Counted from the first letter of the stretch, positions 8,302 through 17,397 are shown. The stretch is 19,041 nt of DNA from Promethearchaeota archaeon (GCA_048941015.1 JBHLNZ010000061.1:1-19041), one strand, 5' to 3'. Notes: generated by a model from the sequence alone, not told the origin. Made by a program: numbers and translations.

Positions 8302-9033
8302 TTGTCCGTCGATTGGGAACGTGCAAGAGAAAAACCAGATAAAAAGCAAAGTGTTGAAGGACGATTTTTAATAGATCTAAGAACTAAGATTAATGATTTA
8401 GAACAAAAATTAAAGAATTGTGAAGCAAAGCTCGAAAGAACTACAAAAGATTTAAATGAAACTAGGGAAAAATTAGCTCATGTTGAGAAAGATTTAAAAC
8501 AAAGAAATGATGAACTTGAGTCAATTAAAAAGGATATGGATGGCGTAAAAAAAGAAAAAGAGAATGCTGACTCAGAAATGGGGAGTTTAAAATCAGAAAA
8601 GTCGGATTTAGAAAAGAAACTTAATGATTCTAATGAAAAGATTTCTGATATGGAAATAGAACTTAAAAAGTTAGAAGAAATGGATATTTTAAAAGAAGAT
8701 ATGGAACAGAGAGAGAGAGAGCTAGAAGCTGTTAAAAAAGATTTACAACAAACGATTTCAGATAAATATGTTGAAATTGAGAGTTTGAAGAATGATCTCA
8801 ATAAAATTATTAACGATAAAGAAGCTGAAATAGTAGATCTTAAGAATAAGTTTGATGGAAAAACAAATGAAGTTGAGGCTTTAGGTCTCAAGATTAAATC
8901 ACTTGAAGACTACATCGCAGAATCGAAAGCAGCACCTCAAGTGATCGAAGATATAAAGGAAATGATGGCTCATAAAGGATTTCTTTCAGATAAAGAATTT
9001 GATCAGTTATTGGAAAAGAACCTAAACCAATAA
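8302..9033 (+). CDS. Coiled-coil protein, paralog B (conserved head, longer rod with an 18-aa repeat, conserved KGFLSDKE tail)
   Basis: TTG start with AGGTGA RBS at 8289-8294; TATA-like TTATATATAA near 8215-8223; termini match 7515..8177. Confidence 0.85.
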   Translation: MSVDWERAREKPDKKQSVEGRFLIDLRTKINDLEQKLKNCEAKLERTTKDLNETREKLAHVEKDLKQRNDELESIKKDMDGVKKEKENADSEMGSLKSEKSDLEKKLNDSNEKISDMEIELKKLEEMDILKEDMEQRERELEAVKKDLQQTISDKYVEIESLKNDLNKIINDKEAEIVDLKNKFDGKTNEVEALGLKIKSLEDYIAESKAAPQVIEDIKEMMAHKGFLSDKEFDQLLEKNLNQ

Positions 9034-9121
9034 ATTAATAAATTTTTATTTTATCCTTCATTTTTGTTAAAATTAATCAGATCTCATTGAAGATAGCTTC
9101 TGAATTTATAATTATTTTATA

Positions 9122-10429
9122 ATGATCTATATAAAAAACTCCATTATGTTATTACAAACAATTTCTACGGAACAATTTTATGAATTTTTTATAAAAGAAT
9201 TAGTATCTCTCTTTTGTGGATTTTTAATAGGTATTGAAAGAACACGAGCTCGAAAAATGTTTGGTGCTCGAGACCACATTGCTTATGCATTGCTTTCGAC
9301 AACTTTAATCATTCTATACGAGGATTTCATAACTGATATTGGTTTCATCTTAATTATTTTAGTTTTTGGAGCAATGGTGGCCTTTCTCTCAATTGGAAGT
9401 GTATATCGCCTTTTTCATACCCAAGAACCCGGTTATACTTCCACAATATCGATGTTGCTGGCAATCGTAACAGGAATTTTAAGTTATTATCTTCCTTATC
9501 TTGCTATTTCAATATCGGTTATATTTCTAATAATATTGTCAACTAAAAAGGAATTTGAAAAGATTAGGGGATTGCAACAAATTGAATGGACTGGAACTGT
9601 CGAATTTATTGCAATTGTTATTTTACTATTTCTTTTAATTCCTGATATTGATATTTTAGGAATTCAAATTCGCTCTATTATTATAATTTTCATCACAATC
9701 TTAGCGATTAAATATTTTAGTTATTTCTTTCTAAAAAGTTCCACTAAACATAATTTATACTACATATCATTTTTAGGGGGATTTGCTCATAGTGAAGCAA
9801 CCTCAGTAGAGTTAGCGAAATCTGGAGCATCTTCTTCATCAATTTGGCTTGTGATACAAACAATGCTACTTAGGATGATTTTAATTGTATTTTTAGGAGC
9901 ATTTAATCTATTTATATATTCACTATTCCCTTTATTAGCAACATCCATTATTGGTTTGATTGGAGCCTTTTTAATTCTAAGAAAAAAAGAAACAAGTTTA
10001 TCTCTAGCAAGCGTAAAAAATCCTTTATCATTGAAAAGTGCTCTAATTTTCTCTGGAACTTATCTCTTAGCGGTAATATTAGCCTTAGGTTTGCAAACCA
10101 TCTCGTTAAATATAGGAGAGATAAATTACTTTTTGTTTTACGTTATTGCATTCATAATTGGATTAATTTCTGGAGGTGCATCATCCTTATTTATTGCTAC
10201 AATATATACTCTATCATTAGTTAATATAGCAAATGCTTTAATAATGCTCGCAATTGGCTTGTCCGCAGCTATTATAAATAAAATATTTTATTCTACGAAA
10301 AATTTACATCCAAACAAGAATAAAAAAGTCTATGCTATCCACTTATTAATTTATCAAGTAATAACTATATCTCTATTAATAATTTTCACTTTATTAACAA
10401 TTAGTTTCTTTAATCTACCATTTTTTTAG
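9122..10429 (+). CDS. MgtC/SapB-family membrane protein with DUF4010 domain
   Basis: GFLIGIER…FGARDH (MgtC-like N-terminus), PGYTS, FLGGFAHSEATS (DUF4010-like), NPLSLKSALIF. Alternative start ATG 9146. Confidence 0.8.
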   Translation: MIYIKNSIMLLQTISTEQFYEFFIKELVSLFCGFLIGIERTRARKMFGARDHIAYALLSTTLIILYEDFITDIGFILIILVFGAMVAFLSIGSVYRLFHTQEPGYTSTISMLLAIVTGILSYYLPYLAISISVIFLIILSTKKEFEKIRGLQQIEWTGTVEFIAIVILLFLLIPDIDILGIQIRSIIIIFITILAIKYFSYFFLKSSTKHNLYYISFLGGFAHSEATSVELAKSGASSSSIWLVIQTMLLRMILIVFLGAFNLFIYSLFPLLATSIIGLIGAFLILRKKETSLSLASVKNPLSLKSALIFSGTYLLAVILALGLQTISLNIGEINYFLFYVIAFIIGLISGGASSLFIATIYTLSLVNIANALIMLAIGLSAAIINKIFYSTKNLHPNKNKKVYAIHLLIYQVITISLLIIFTLLTISFFNLPFF

Positions 10430-10508
10430 TTGGTTAAAAAAGAATTCTTATATTGTTCATTAATGTTATTATATCTAGAGAATAACTACGAAAAAGTTAA
10501 GAAGTATA

Positions 10509-11615
10509 ATGGTTGAAATTACTTGGAAAAATAAAGAAGATATTACAGATAATATACAGAATTTGAAAAATTATTATAAAGACAAGTTTAATATAATTAA
10601 GATTAAATCAGATCTTTATGAAGAATTTAAATTTATCCAAAATAGTGAAAAAATTTGGAGAAATAAATTATTTTGGGGAGATAATTTAGAAGTTTTACTG
10701 TACCTATTAAATAATTTTGAAGAAAAGATAAATCTAATTTATATAGACCCCCCTTTTTTTACAGGAGTTAATTATCACATAGATATCACTGAAGATGATA
10801 ATAACTATAATACTGTAGCTTACTATGATCATTGGAACAAAGATTTGGATTCATATTTACAAATGCTTTATGAAAGAATAATTTTATTAAGAGAATTATT
10901 AGCAAAAGAAGGTTTATTATTTCTACATTTAGATTGGCATGCTAGTCATTATATAAAACTCATTCTTGATGAAGTTTTTGGAGAAAAAAGATTTGTAAAC
11001 GAGATTATATGGTATTATTATAATAAATATTCTGCCGGTAAAATGAATCTACCTCGTGCTCATGATAATATCTTGGTTTATTGTAAATCTGAAAATCATA
11101 CTTTTAATGAAATTAGAACCCCACGAAAAGAGCCAATAAAACAATTAAAGAGAGAAATGGTTAATGGAGTTTTGAAGAATGTAAAAGATGAGCATGGGCA
11201 TGTAGTTTACAGAATAGTCACTGATAAAAAGCTAGATGATGTATGGCGTATTCCATGTATGCAACCTGCTTCAAAAGAATGGGTGGGATTCCCCACACAA
11301 AAACATCATGACTTACTTAGCAGAATTATTGAACTAGGGAGTAGTGAAAACGATCTTATAGCAGATTTTTTCTGTGGTTCAGGAACAACCCTTTTGGAAG
11401 CAACAAAATTAAATAGGAAGTGGATTGGATGTGATATCTCTGAGTATTCAATTTACCTTACAAGTAAAAGAATTATAGATTATTTGAAATCAATTCCTAA
11501 AAGTAAAAGCACTTTTTATCCTTTTGAAGTCATTTCACATTTAAATTCAAAACAAAAAAAAATCATTCGATCTGGTTTTTTCGAAAAAGAATTAAAATTT
11601 AAAAGAAAAAAATAA
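10509..11615 (+). CDS. Site-specific DNA amino-methyltransferase (N6-A/N4-C, beta class), no adjacent restriction gene
   Basis: GDNL, LIYIDPPF (motif IV), LDEVFG…NEIIW, DDVW, FPTQK, DFFCGSGTT (motif I), RKWIGCD. Motif IV precedes motif I, which is the beta order. Confidence 0.92.
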   Translation: MVEITWKNKEDITDNIQNLKNYYKDKFNIIKIKSDLYEEFKFIQNSEKIWRNKLFWGDNLEVLLYLLNNFEEKINLIYIDPPFFTGVNYHIDITEDDNNYNTVAYYDHWNKDLDSYLQMLYERIILLRELLAKEGLLFLHLDWHASHYIKLILDEVFGEKRFVNEIIWYYYNKYSAGKMNLPRAHDNILVYCKSENHTFNEIRTPRKEPIKQLKREMVNGVLKNVKDEHGHVVYRIVTDKKLDDVWRIPCMQPASKEWVGFPTQKHHDLLSRIIELGSSENDLIADFFCGSGTTLLEATKLNRKWIGCDISEYSIYLTSKRIIDYLKSIPKSKSTFYPFEVISHLNSKQKKIIRSGFFEKELKFKRKK

Positions 11616-11620
11616 TGAAA

Positions 11621-13042
11621 TTAGTATCGTATTACGTTCCAGTTTAAATAATGAGCAAGTGCTTCATTAACAACGTCTGCTACTTCGTTTAAGGTTGCTG
11701 CAACGTGATGTGCAAAGCCCTCTTTACATAATGTCTTAAGTATATCTTGTAAATTGGGAATCTCAATAACTCCAAAGCCCCCATAAGTGTCTAGAGGATC
11801 ATCTGTATAATTTCCTTCAACAAGTAAAACTTTAATATCACCAAACATGTCGTCTGTTTCAATTCTCAAAAGAGTACAAGGTTTTGCTTTAATTCTTCCT
11901 TGAATTGCTCCAAAACTCGCATCTGGCTTATCATCACCAATTATTGGATGTATGGTCATCTTAGTATCTTTAAAGAAAGATTTTGGAAGGTTGCTACAGT
12001 GAAAAAGAACCATCTTATTAGGATCATCCCCATAATTGTTATTCCAATCTAATATTGCTGAAGGTGTTTCAGAAGCAACTTGTAAAATATACATCCCAAT
12101 TAATCCTGAAATATCCACTTCACAAGCGGCAGGAACTAAACCTTCGCTAAACATACTCATAACTGCGCATGGGACAATTCCAAAATTATCTTGTATTGAA
12201 GGCCAACATTGGAACGCAAATCCATCTAATTCATTTTCTAATACCCATTTCTCTACTATTACAGCTAGTTTTGCCAACCTGAGTACATCATCTTCCTTAA
12301 AAACTTTAGTTTCTGTATAATTCTTAATAAATTGAATTTTTTCGTTCACTTTTGGATCATTATTATCTAATAGATTTATTGAACCAAATATTTCTGATAG
12401 ATCGATGGGTTCAATTGTAATTCCATTAAATTCCAAGATTTTTTCACTATAGCGAACAGTTTCAAAAGCGTTGGGCCTTGTTCCAATTTGTCCAAAACGT
12501 GCTCCTCTAAGTTTATTTACTATATTGCAAACTTTTTCGAACTTTTTTATATCTTCTTTAAATTCTTCGGATTTAATTGAGCATGTATGAGAATTTGTGA
12601 GTGAATAAGGTATTCCATATTGATACAAGACACTACATACTGAGATTTTCCCACAGAACGCATCTCTTCTATATCTTCTGTTCATTTTATTAATTTCATC
12701 CGAAGAAGCTTGAATGAGAACAGGCACGTCCAATCCAGAGAGTTTTATAGAGTTAGCAATACCTTTTTCATCCCCAAAGTTAGGGAGTATAACAATAATT
12801 CCACTTATCTTATCTTTATTAGCTTTAAAAAGTTCTGCACACTTCTTAGCATCTTGATAAGTTTCTACAACTCCAAATTTAGTATCATATTCTCCTAAAA
12901 TAACATAACCATAATTTAATTCTTCGATTACACTAATGATTTCTTTTCTTCCTTCTAGTGCAAGATGATCCGGAAAAACATCTCTGTTTCCTACAATTAT
13001 ACCAAAAATAGTTTTGTTTTCTTTTACCATTATAAATGACAT
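11621..13042 (-). CDS. L-fucose/L-arabinose isomerase-family protein
   Basis: GNRDVFP, LPNFGDEK, RRDAFCGKISV, GTRPNAFETVRYSEK, QCW, ACEVD, LDWNNNY, FHCSN, GFAHH. Start may be ATG 13030. Confidence 0.88.
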   Translation of the reverse strand: MSFIMVKENKTIFGIIVGNRDVFPDHLALEGRKEIISVIEELNYGYVILGEYDTKFGVVETYQDAKKCAELFKANKDKISGIIVILPNFGDEKGIANSIKLSGLDVPVLIQASSDEINKMNRRYRRDAFCGKISVCSVLYQYGIPYSLTNSHTCSIKSEEFKEDIKKFEKVCNIVNKLRGARFGQIGTRPNAFETVRYSEKILEFNGITIEPIDLSEIFGSINLLDNNDPKVNEKIQFIKNYTETKVFKEDDVLRLAKLAVIVEKWVLENELDGFAFQCWPSIQDNFGIVPCAVMSMFSEGLVPAACEVDISGLIGMYILQVASETPSAILDWNNNYGDDPNKMVLFHCSNLPKSFFKDTKMTIHPIIGDDKPDASFGAIQGRIKAKPCTLLRIETDDMFGDIKVLLVEGNYTDDPLDTYGGFGVIEIPNLQDILKTLCKEGFAHHVAATLNEVADVVNEALAHYLNWNVIRY

Positions 13043-13068
13043 AATTTTAAACCTTCGATAGAATTAAG

Positions 13069-13080
13069 TAGATTAATCTA
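13069..13080. promoter_or_regulatory. Perfect palindrome TAGATTAATCTA upstream of the isomerase gene
   Basis: Read directly; about 20-30 nt downstream (minus strand) of TATA-like TTTTATAT at 13101-13108. Confidence 0.45.
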
Positions 13081-13289
13081 AATTATTATGATTTTTATTG
13101 ATATAAAAGAATTACAGTTATAGTTTTGAAAAGCATAAAATTAGTATAAAATATATAAATAAATTTATTGATCTAATTTATTAAATATAATTATAATATC
13201 TATCATTCAATCATATTAATCCAAGGTGTATTTAAATTCAAGATAATGCAATCATTCTCAAAACTGGGAAAGTTAATGATTACCTCCAT

Positions 13290-14246
13290 ATGATTGATCT
13301 CCATCAATATGGACTGGATAGGATCACATCAATTTATATTGCAGAATTTGATGATTCTATAGTGATTTTTGATTGTGGTACTTCTCTTGATGTTAAAAGA
13401 TTGCTAAGGTATTTTAAAAAAAATAACCTAAATCTTGGTTCTGTTAAATATATTGTAGCATCACACTATCATTTTGATCATATGGGTGGCTCATGGAAAC
13501 TCTTCAATGAGATAGAGAAATTTAATCCAAAGGTGAAGATTATTTCTTGCCAATTAACTCAATATAGATATAACAATTACAAAAATGAACCAAGCTATGT
13601 CCATTCGCAAAAAACATTCAATGGACTCATGGGAGAAATAAGAAATATCAAAGAAAGTGCTTTTAAGATTATAGAACCGGTTGAAAAATATGAAAAGATT
13701 GATGATCCCGCATGCGTTGTCGATTATTTCACTTTAAAGGATAAAAAAGTCAAGTTGATGGCATTAAAAACTCCAGGCCATACATCTGATCATATATCTC
13801 CGTTAGTATTTAAAGATGGAAAAATAGACTTTATCTATGGTGGAGAAGCTTTAGGATTGATAAATCAATCAACACAGCTATTAACTGGTCCCAGTTCAGG
13901 TGCACCAGATTTCAATTATAAGGCCCATATGAATAGTCTCGAAAAATTAAAAAAATTAAATCTTTTAAGTATAGGTTTTAGTCATTTTGGAATAGTAATG
14001 GGAACGAATAATGTTCAAAAAATTATTTATGACCATGAAGCTCTTATGAAGGAATTTAGAAAGAAAATCATTGATTATTATCAAGAAAAACCTGAAACGA
14101 GATATGTCTTTGAAAAAGTATTTGAATTCTTAAAACCAAGGATGGAATCAAGAAATGGATATACAGATAACCCAATCGTCGTTAAATTAATATTGAGTAC
14201 GGTATATGGTATGATGATGGATTTGGGATATAGAAAAGAATTTTAA
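13290..14246 (+). CDS. Metallo-beta-lactamase-fold hydrolase
   Basis: FDCG, SHYHFDHMGG (HxHxDH), TPGHTSDH, GEALG, FSHFG. The frame stays open upstream to ATT at 13236, behind an AAGGTG RBS. Confidence 0.9.
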   Translation: MIDLHQYGLDRITSIYIAEFDDSIVIFDCGTSLDVKRLLRYFKKNNLNLGSVKYIVASHYHFDHMGGSWKLFNEIEKFNPKVKIISCQLTQYRYNNYKNEPSYVHSQKTFNGLMGEIRNIKESAFKIIEPVEKYEKIDDPACVVDYFTLKDKKVKLMALKTPGHTSDHISPLVFKDGKIDFIYGGEALGLINQSTQLLTGPSSGAPDFNYKAHMNSLEKLKKLNLLSIGFSHFGIVMGTNNVQKIIYDHEALMKEFRKKIIDYYQEKPETRYVFEKVFEFLKPRMESRNGYTDNPIVVKLILSTVYGMMMDLGYRKEF

Positions 14247-14459
14247 TTAAAAATTTGATTGAGAATTTAGTTCATTAATGAGTATGTAGATAAATTATGA
14301 TTTTTATCAAATTAGGATTTTTTTATCCCTTTAAAAATAATGACAAGTATAATGAAAAGTTAGATAGAATTAATTATGAATTTGAATTCTTAGTTTATTA
14401 ATAAGTATGTAGTATCATTTACGTTAATTTATTATTTTTATTAAAATAAGAGTTCGGAT

Positions 14460-15419
14460 ATGGCGAATAAAAGCATTATAGCATTTATTCTAATAATTAT
14501 TATCACGTTTAACTTTATTTTAATCCTCCCAATCGCATTTATGTCAATTCAATTCTCTTCTTACGATATAATTGATGAATCATTATCTTACGAATACGTA
14601 CCAGATACACCAAGTTCTATTGAAAAATTATATCTTAATGTTGACGTAGGAAATATTGAAATAAGATATGTTTCAATACCTGTTGAATATTATGTAAAAA
14701 TAGATGTGAATATTGAAATGGGTGGGGCAAATGTTAAAGGGAAATTATATTCTGACTATTTTATTACATGTTTCCAAAACACAAGCTCTTCTTTAGAGTT
14801 CACTTTTGAAATATTACCAAATTTAAATTGGATTGAAGTGCTCTCCTTAATTCATAATATTACTTTAGTTGTGAACATTAGATCTGACATTATTCTTGAT
14901 ATTATGACTGTAGTTAACGATGGAAATTTTGAAATGATAATACCATTTGGGGTTTCCATCGGAAATGCAATTACAAACGTTACGAAAGGAGATATTTTTT
15001 ATAATTTTGAGTATTGTATAATTGATGGAAACATAAGTGGAATTATAGAAGAAGGAAATTTAGATTTAAAATCATATAATGTGGAATATACTCAAAATAG
15101 TAATTGGACTCTTGATAGTAGGAATGGTGATATGAATATTGAAATCTATCAATATAAAGAGATGGGCGCTAATATAACCGGTACTGCAGTGATTCCCAGC
15201 GGGAATGTTAAATTAGTTTATGAGGATAATTCAGTTAATGTTGGAGCAAAATTTGATTTTAATTATATATCTGGAACCCCTGGCGACGCAACAGGTTTTA
15301 TTGTTATCCTATGGGATTCAATGTTTTCATATGAATCCCTTGATTTTCCAGCCGAAAATAACTATCGTTTATTGTTAAATTCCACCGGACTCCGTACTAT
15401 AGACATTGTAAGTCAATAG
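14460..15419 (+). CDS. Membrane-anchored beta-strand-rich surface protein (DUF4097/adhesin-like)
   Basis: N-terminal TM helix; recurring 'x-x-G-(N/D)-(I/F/L/M/V)' beta units (DVGNIEI, NDGNFEM, TKGDIFY, EEGNLDL, RNGDMNI, PSGNVKL); about 7 N-x-S/T sequons after the TM. Confidence 0.65.
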   Translation: MANKSIIAFILIIIITFNFILILPIAFMSIQFSSYDIIDESLSYEYVPDTPSSIEKLYLNVDVGNIEIRYVSIPVEYYVKIDVNIEMGGANVKGKLYSDYFITCFQNTSSSLEFTFEILPNLNWIEVLSLIHNITLVVNIRSDIILDIMTVVNDGNFEMIIPFGVSIGNAITNVTKGDIFYNFEYCIIDGNISGIIEEGNLDLKSYNVEYTQNSNWTLDSRNGDMNIEIYQYKEMGANITGTAVIPSGNVKLVYEDNSVNVGAKFDFNYISGTPGDATGFIVILWDSMFSYESLDFPAENNYRLLLNSTGLRTIDIVSQ

Positions 15420-15477
15420 ATATGAAGTAAAATTCATCTGCTTCATCTTTTGACCTGAATTAAATATTAATTATGCG

Positions 15478-17217
15478 TTAAACAAGATCAACGAATTTAA
15501 ACAAATCCTTAAATACATTAGGATACCAACCTCTTAGATTCGAAACATAAACATCTGTCCGTATCCATTGCCAAATCCAAATATTTGGATAGACTTCTTC
15601 AATAAGGTTTTTTTGAATTCGATAATATATTTCTTCTCTAGCAGTTTCATTAGTTTCTTCAAGTCCCTCTTCCATCCATTGTTGAACTTGAGTATCATTG
15701 ACTTGCCCTATATTCCAGTTAGGTTTTTTATTTGAAAATAGTGTATTAATAATGTTGCTAGGATCGTTATAATCCAATACCCATTCAAGGTAAGTAAGTT
15801 CAAGCATATCTCTAGTATATCCATACTTTTCCTGGGCTCTATAATCCCATTCTGCCCGAGTTAAATTAACACGTTGTAATTTTACTCCAATTTGCTTAAA
15901 GGCTTCAGTTAAATGATCAAGTATGAAAAAATGGCCCCCAGCCCATCCTTCTATCCATGAATAGTTATAGGTCGCTAGAGGGGTTGAACTATTTGCCACT
16001 AATTCCCATTCATTACCAGCACTAACATTATCATCAGCAGGTAAAGTACCAGCTATGCCACTCCAATTCACATCTTTCAAAGTTTGTCTCGCTATTGAAA
16101 TATTACAATAAGGTGCATTAATACCTGTTGTATTATGATATAAAATACCTTCAGGAATAGGAGATTCGGGTTTTTTCCATAAATGAGGAGCTACTTCAAT
16201 AAGAGAAGAATAATTAAAAGCATAGGAGATCGCCTTTCTCATAGTAATATTTATCAATTTATTGTTCATTGTGACCAACGTTAGTGATGCACGAGGTATT
16301 CCTTCATATACAGTGAACGAAGAATTACTTCTGAATTTATTGAGAAGTGTTTCATTAAAATACATATTTGCTCCCAAGTGAATTTCTCCTGATGACAAAT
16401 TGTTAGCAAAGTGAATGGGATATCCGGGAATGAAGGCTATTTTACGAAAAATCAATTTATCTATTCTTGGTTTGCCACCCCAATAATATGGATTGGCAGA
16501 CATTATAACATTAATTGGTACAATACCTTCCCACGCAATAGATTTATAAATAAATGGACCTGTTCCTACAAGATCTTCAGTTAAAATATCAATGAATTCA
16601 TCCTCTGGAGTTGAGGTTGGGGATAATATGAACGATGTCCAAGAAGTCAATAAACTTTCAAGGGGAATATAGGGAGCGTTCAATACAAATCTAACTGTGT
16701 ATTCGCCTAACACTTGAGTTTGATTAATAATGGTTCGATTATCAGGAAACAACCATAACTCCGGATAAACAGTATCATTTAAAAGTCTATGAATTCTGTC
16801 GAAATTCCATTTGACAGCAGTAGCATTGAATGGAGTTTCATCATGGAATTTAACCCCTTTTCTAAGAAGACAGGTTAGGTTTAAAGCATCATCGCTCCAC
16901 GTGTGGTCAATTGCTAAATTATGGATAATTTCGGATTTACCACTTTTGACATCAATTTCAAATAAACCTTCAGCAACTTGGTTAATAACCTGTATATCTT
17001 GAGGTCCAAAAGCTGCAAGCGGATCAATATCATATGCACAATTATACACTCCATAAACAAACACAATTTCATTTTTTCTAATCATTGAAAGAATTATAAC
17101 ACCACTTATGATACCTGTTATAGCGATCAGAGAGATTGTAACTCCAATAATAATGGGTTTTTTTAATTCTTTCAATTTTGGTATCTTTTTCTTGGTTGGG
17201 GCTTTTTCTAAAGTCAT
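15478..17217 (-). CDS. ABC transporter substrate-binding protein, family 5 (DppA/OppA-like), N-terminally anchored
   Basis: Basic N-terminus plus TM; EGLF, LRKGVKFHDETPFNATAVKWNFDR, VGTGPF, NPYYWG, MRKAISYAFNY, W..DYNDPSN, R.EIY..IQ. Confidence 0.92.
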   Translation of the reverse strand: MTLEKAPTKKKIPKLKELKKPIIIGVTISLIAITGIISGVIILSMIRKNEIVFVYGVYNCAYDIDPLAAFGPQDIQVINQVAEGLFEIDVKSGKSEIIHNLAIDHTWSDDALNLTCLLRKGVKFHDETPFNATAVKWNFDRIHRLLNDTVYPELWLFPDNRTIINQTQVLGEYTVRFVLNAPYIPLESLLTSWTSFILSPTSTPEDEFIDILTEDLVGTGPFIYKSIAWEGIVPINVIMSANPYYWGGKPRIDKLIFRKIAFIPGYPIHFANNLSSGEIHLGANMYFNETLLNKFRSNSSFTVYEGIPRASLTLVTMNNKLINITMRKAISYAFNYSSLIEVAPHLWKKPESPIPEGILYHNTTGINAPYCNISIARQTLKDVNWSGIAGTLPADDNVSAGNEWELVANSSTPLATYNYSWIEGWAGGHFFILDHLTEAFKQIGVKLQRVNLTRAEWDYRAQEKYGYTRDMLELTYLEWVLDYNDPSNIINTLFSNKKPNWNIGQVNDTQVQQWMEEGLEETNETAREEIYYRIQKNLIEEVYPNIWIWQWIRTDVYVSNLRGWYPNVFKDLFKFVDLV

Positions 17218-17397
17218 TATAATCAGCTATATGAAACTAATTAATTATGTATTTATTTCTCATTGATTTCTTATTTTTTTAATTAGTATAAAAATTAGAT
17301 ATAATATATATTAAATTTTACGTCTTTGTTTAACTCGTATAATAACTTCTAAGATTTTTAAAATTTTAATATAACATAATTTAATAAAGAGGGAAAA

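Noticed and set aside
8708-8721. (GA)n dinucleotide run
   Set aside because: It simply encodes Arg-Glu-Arg-Glu within the coiled coil.
7511-8891. Antisense ORFs 7511..7939 and 8478..8891
   Set aside because: Ser/Phe/Leu-rich mirror images of the Glu/Lys-rich coiled-coil genes; a codon-composition artefact.
7515-9033. Calling the coiled-coil pair SMC/Rad50 or ESCRT-III
   Set aside because: No Walker A/B, hinge or zinc hook, and far too short for SMC; no recognisable Snf7/Vps2 pattern. Such hits would reflect generic coiled-coil similarity.
15420-15450. ATGAAG…CTTCAT inverted repeat between convergent genes
   Set aside because: Only a 6-bp AT-rich stem; could be chance, so not called as a terminator.
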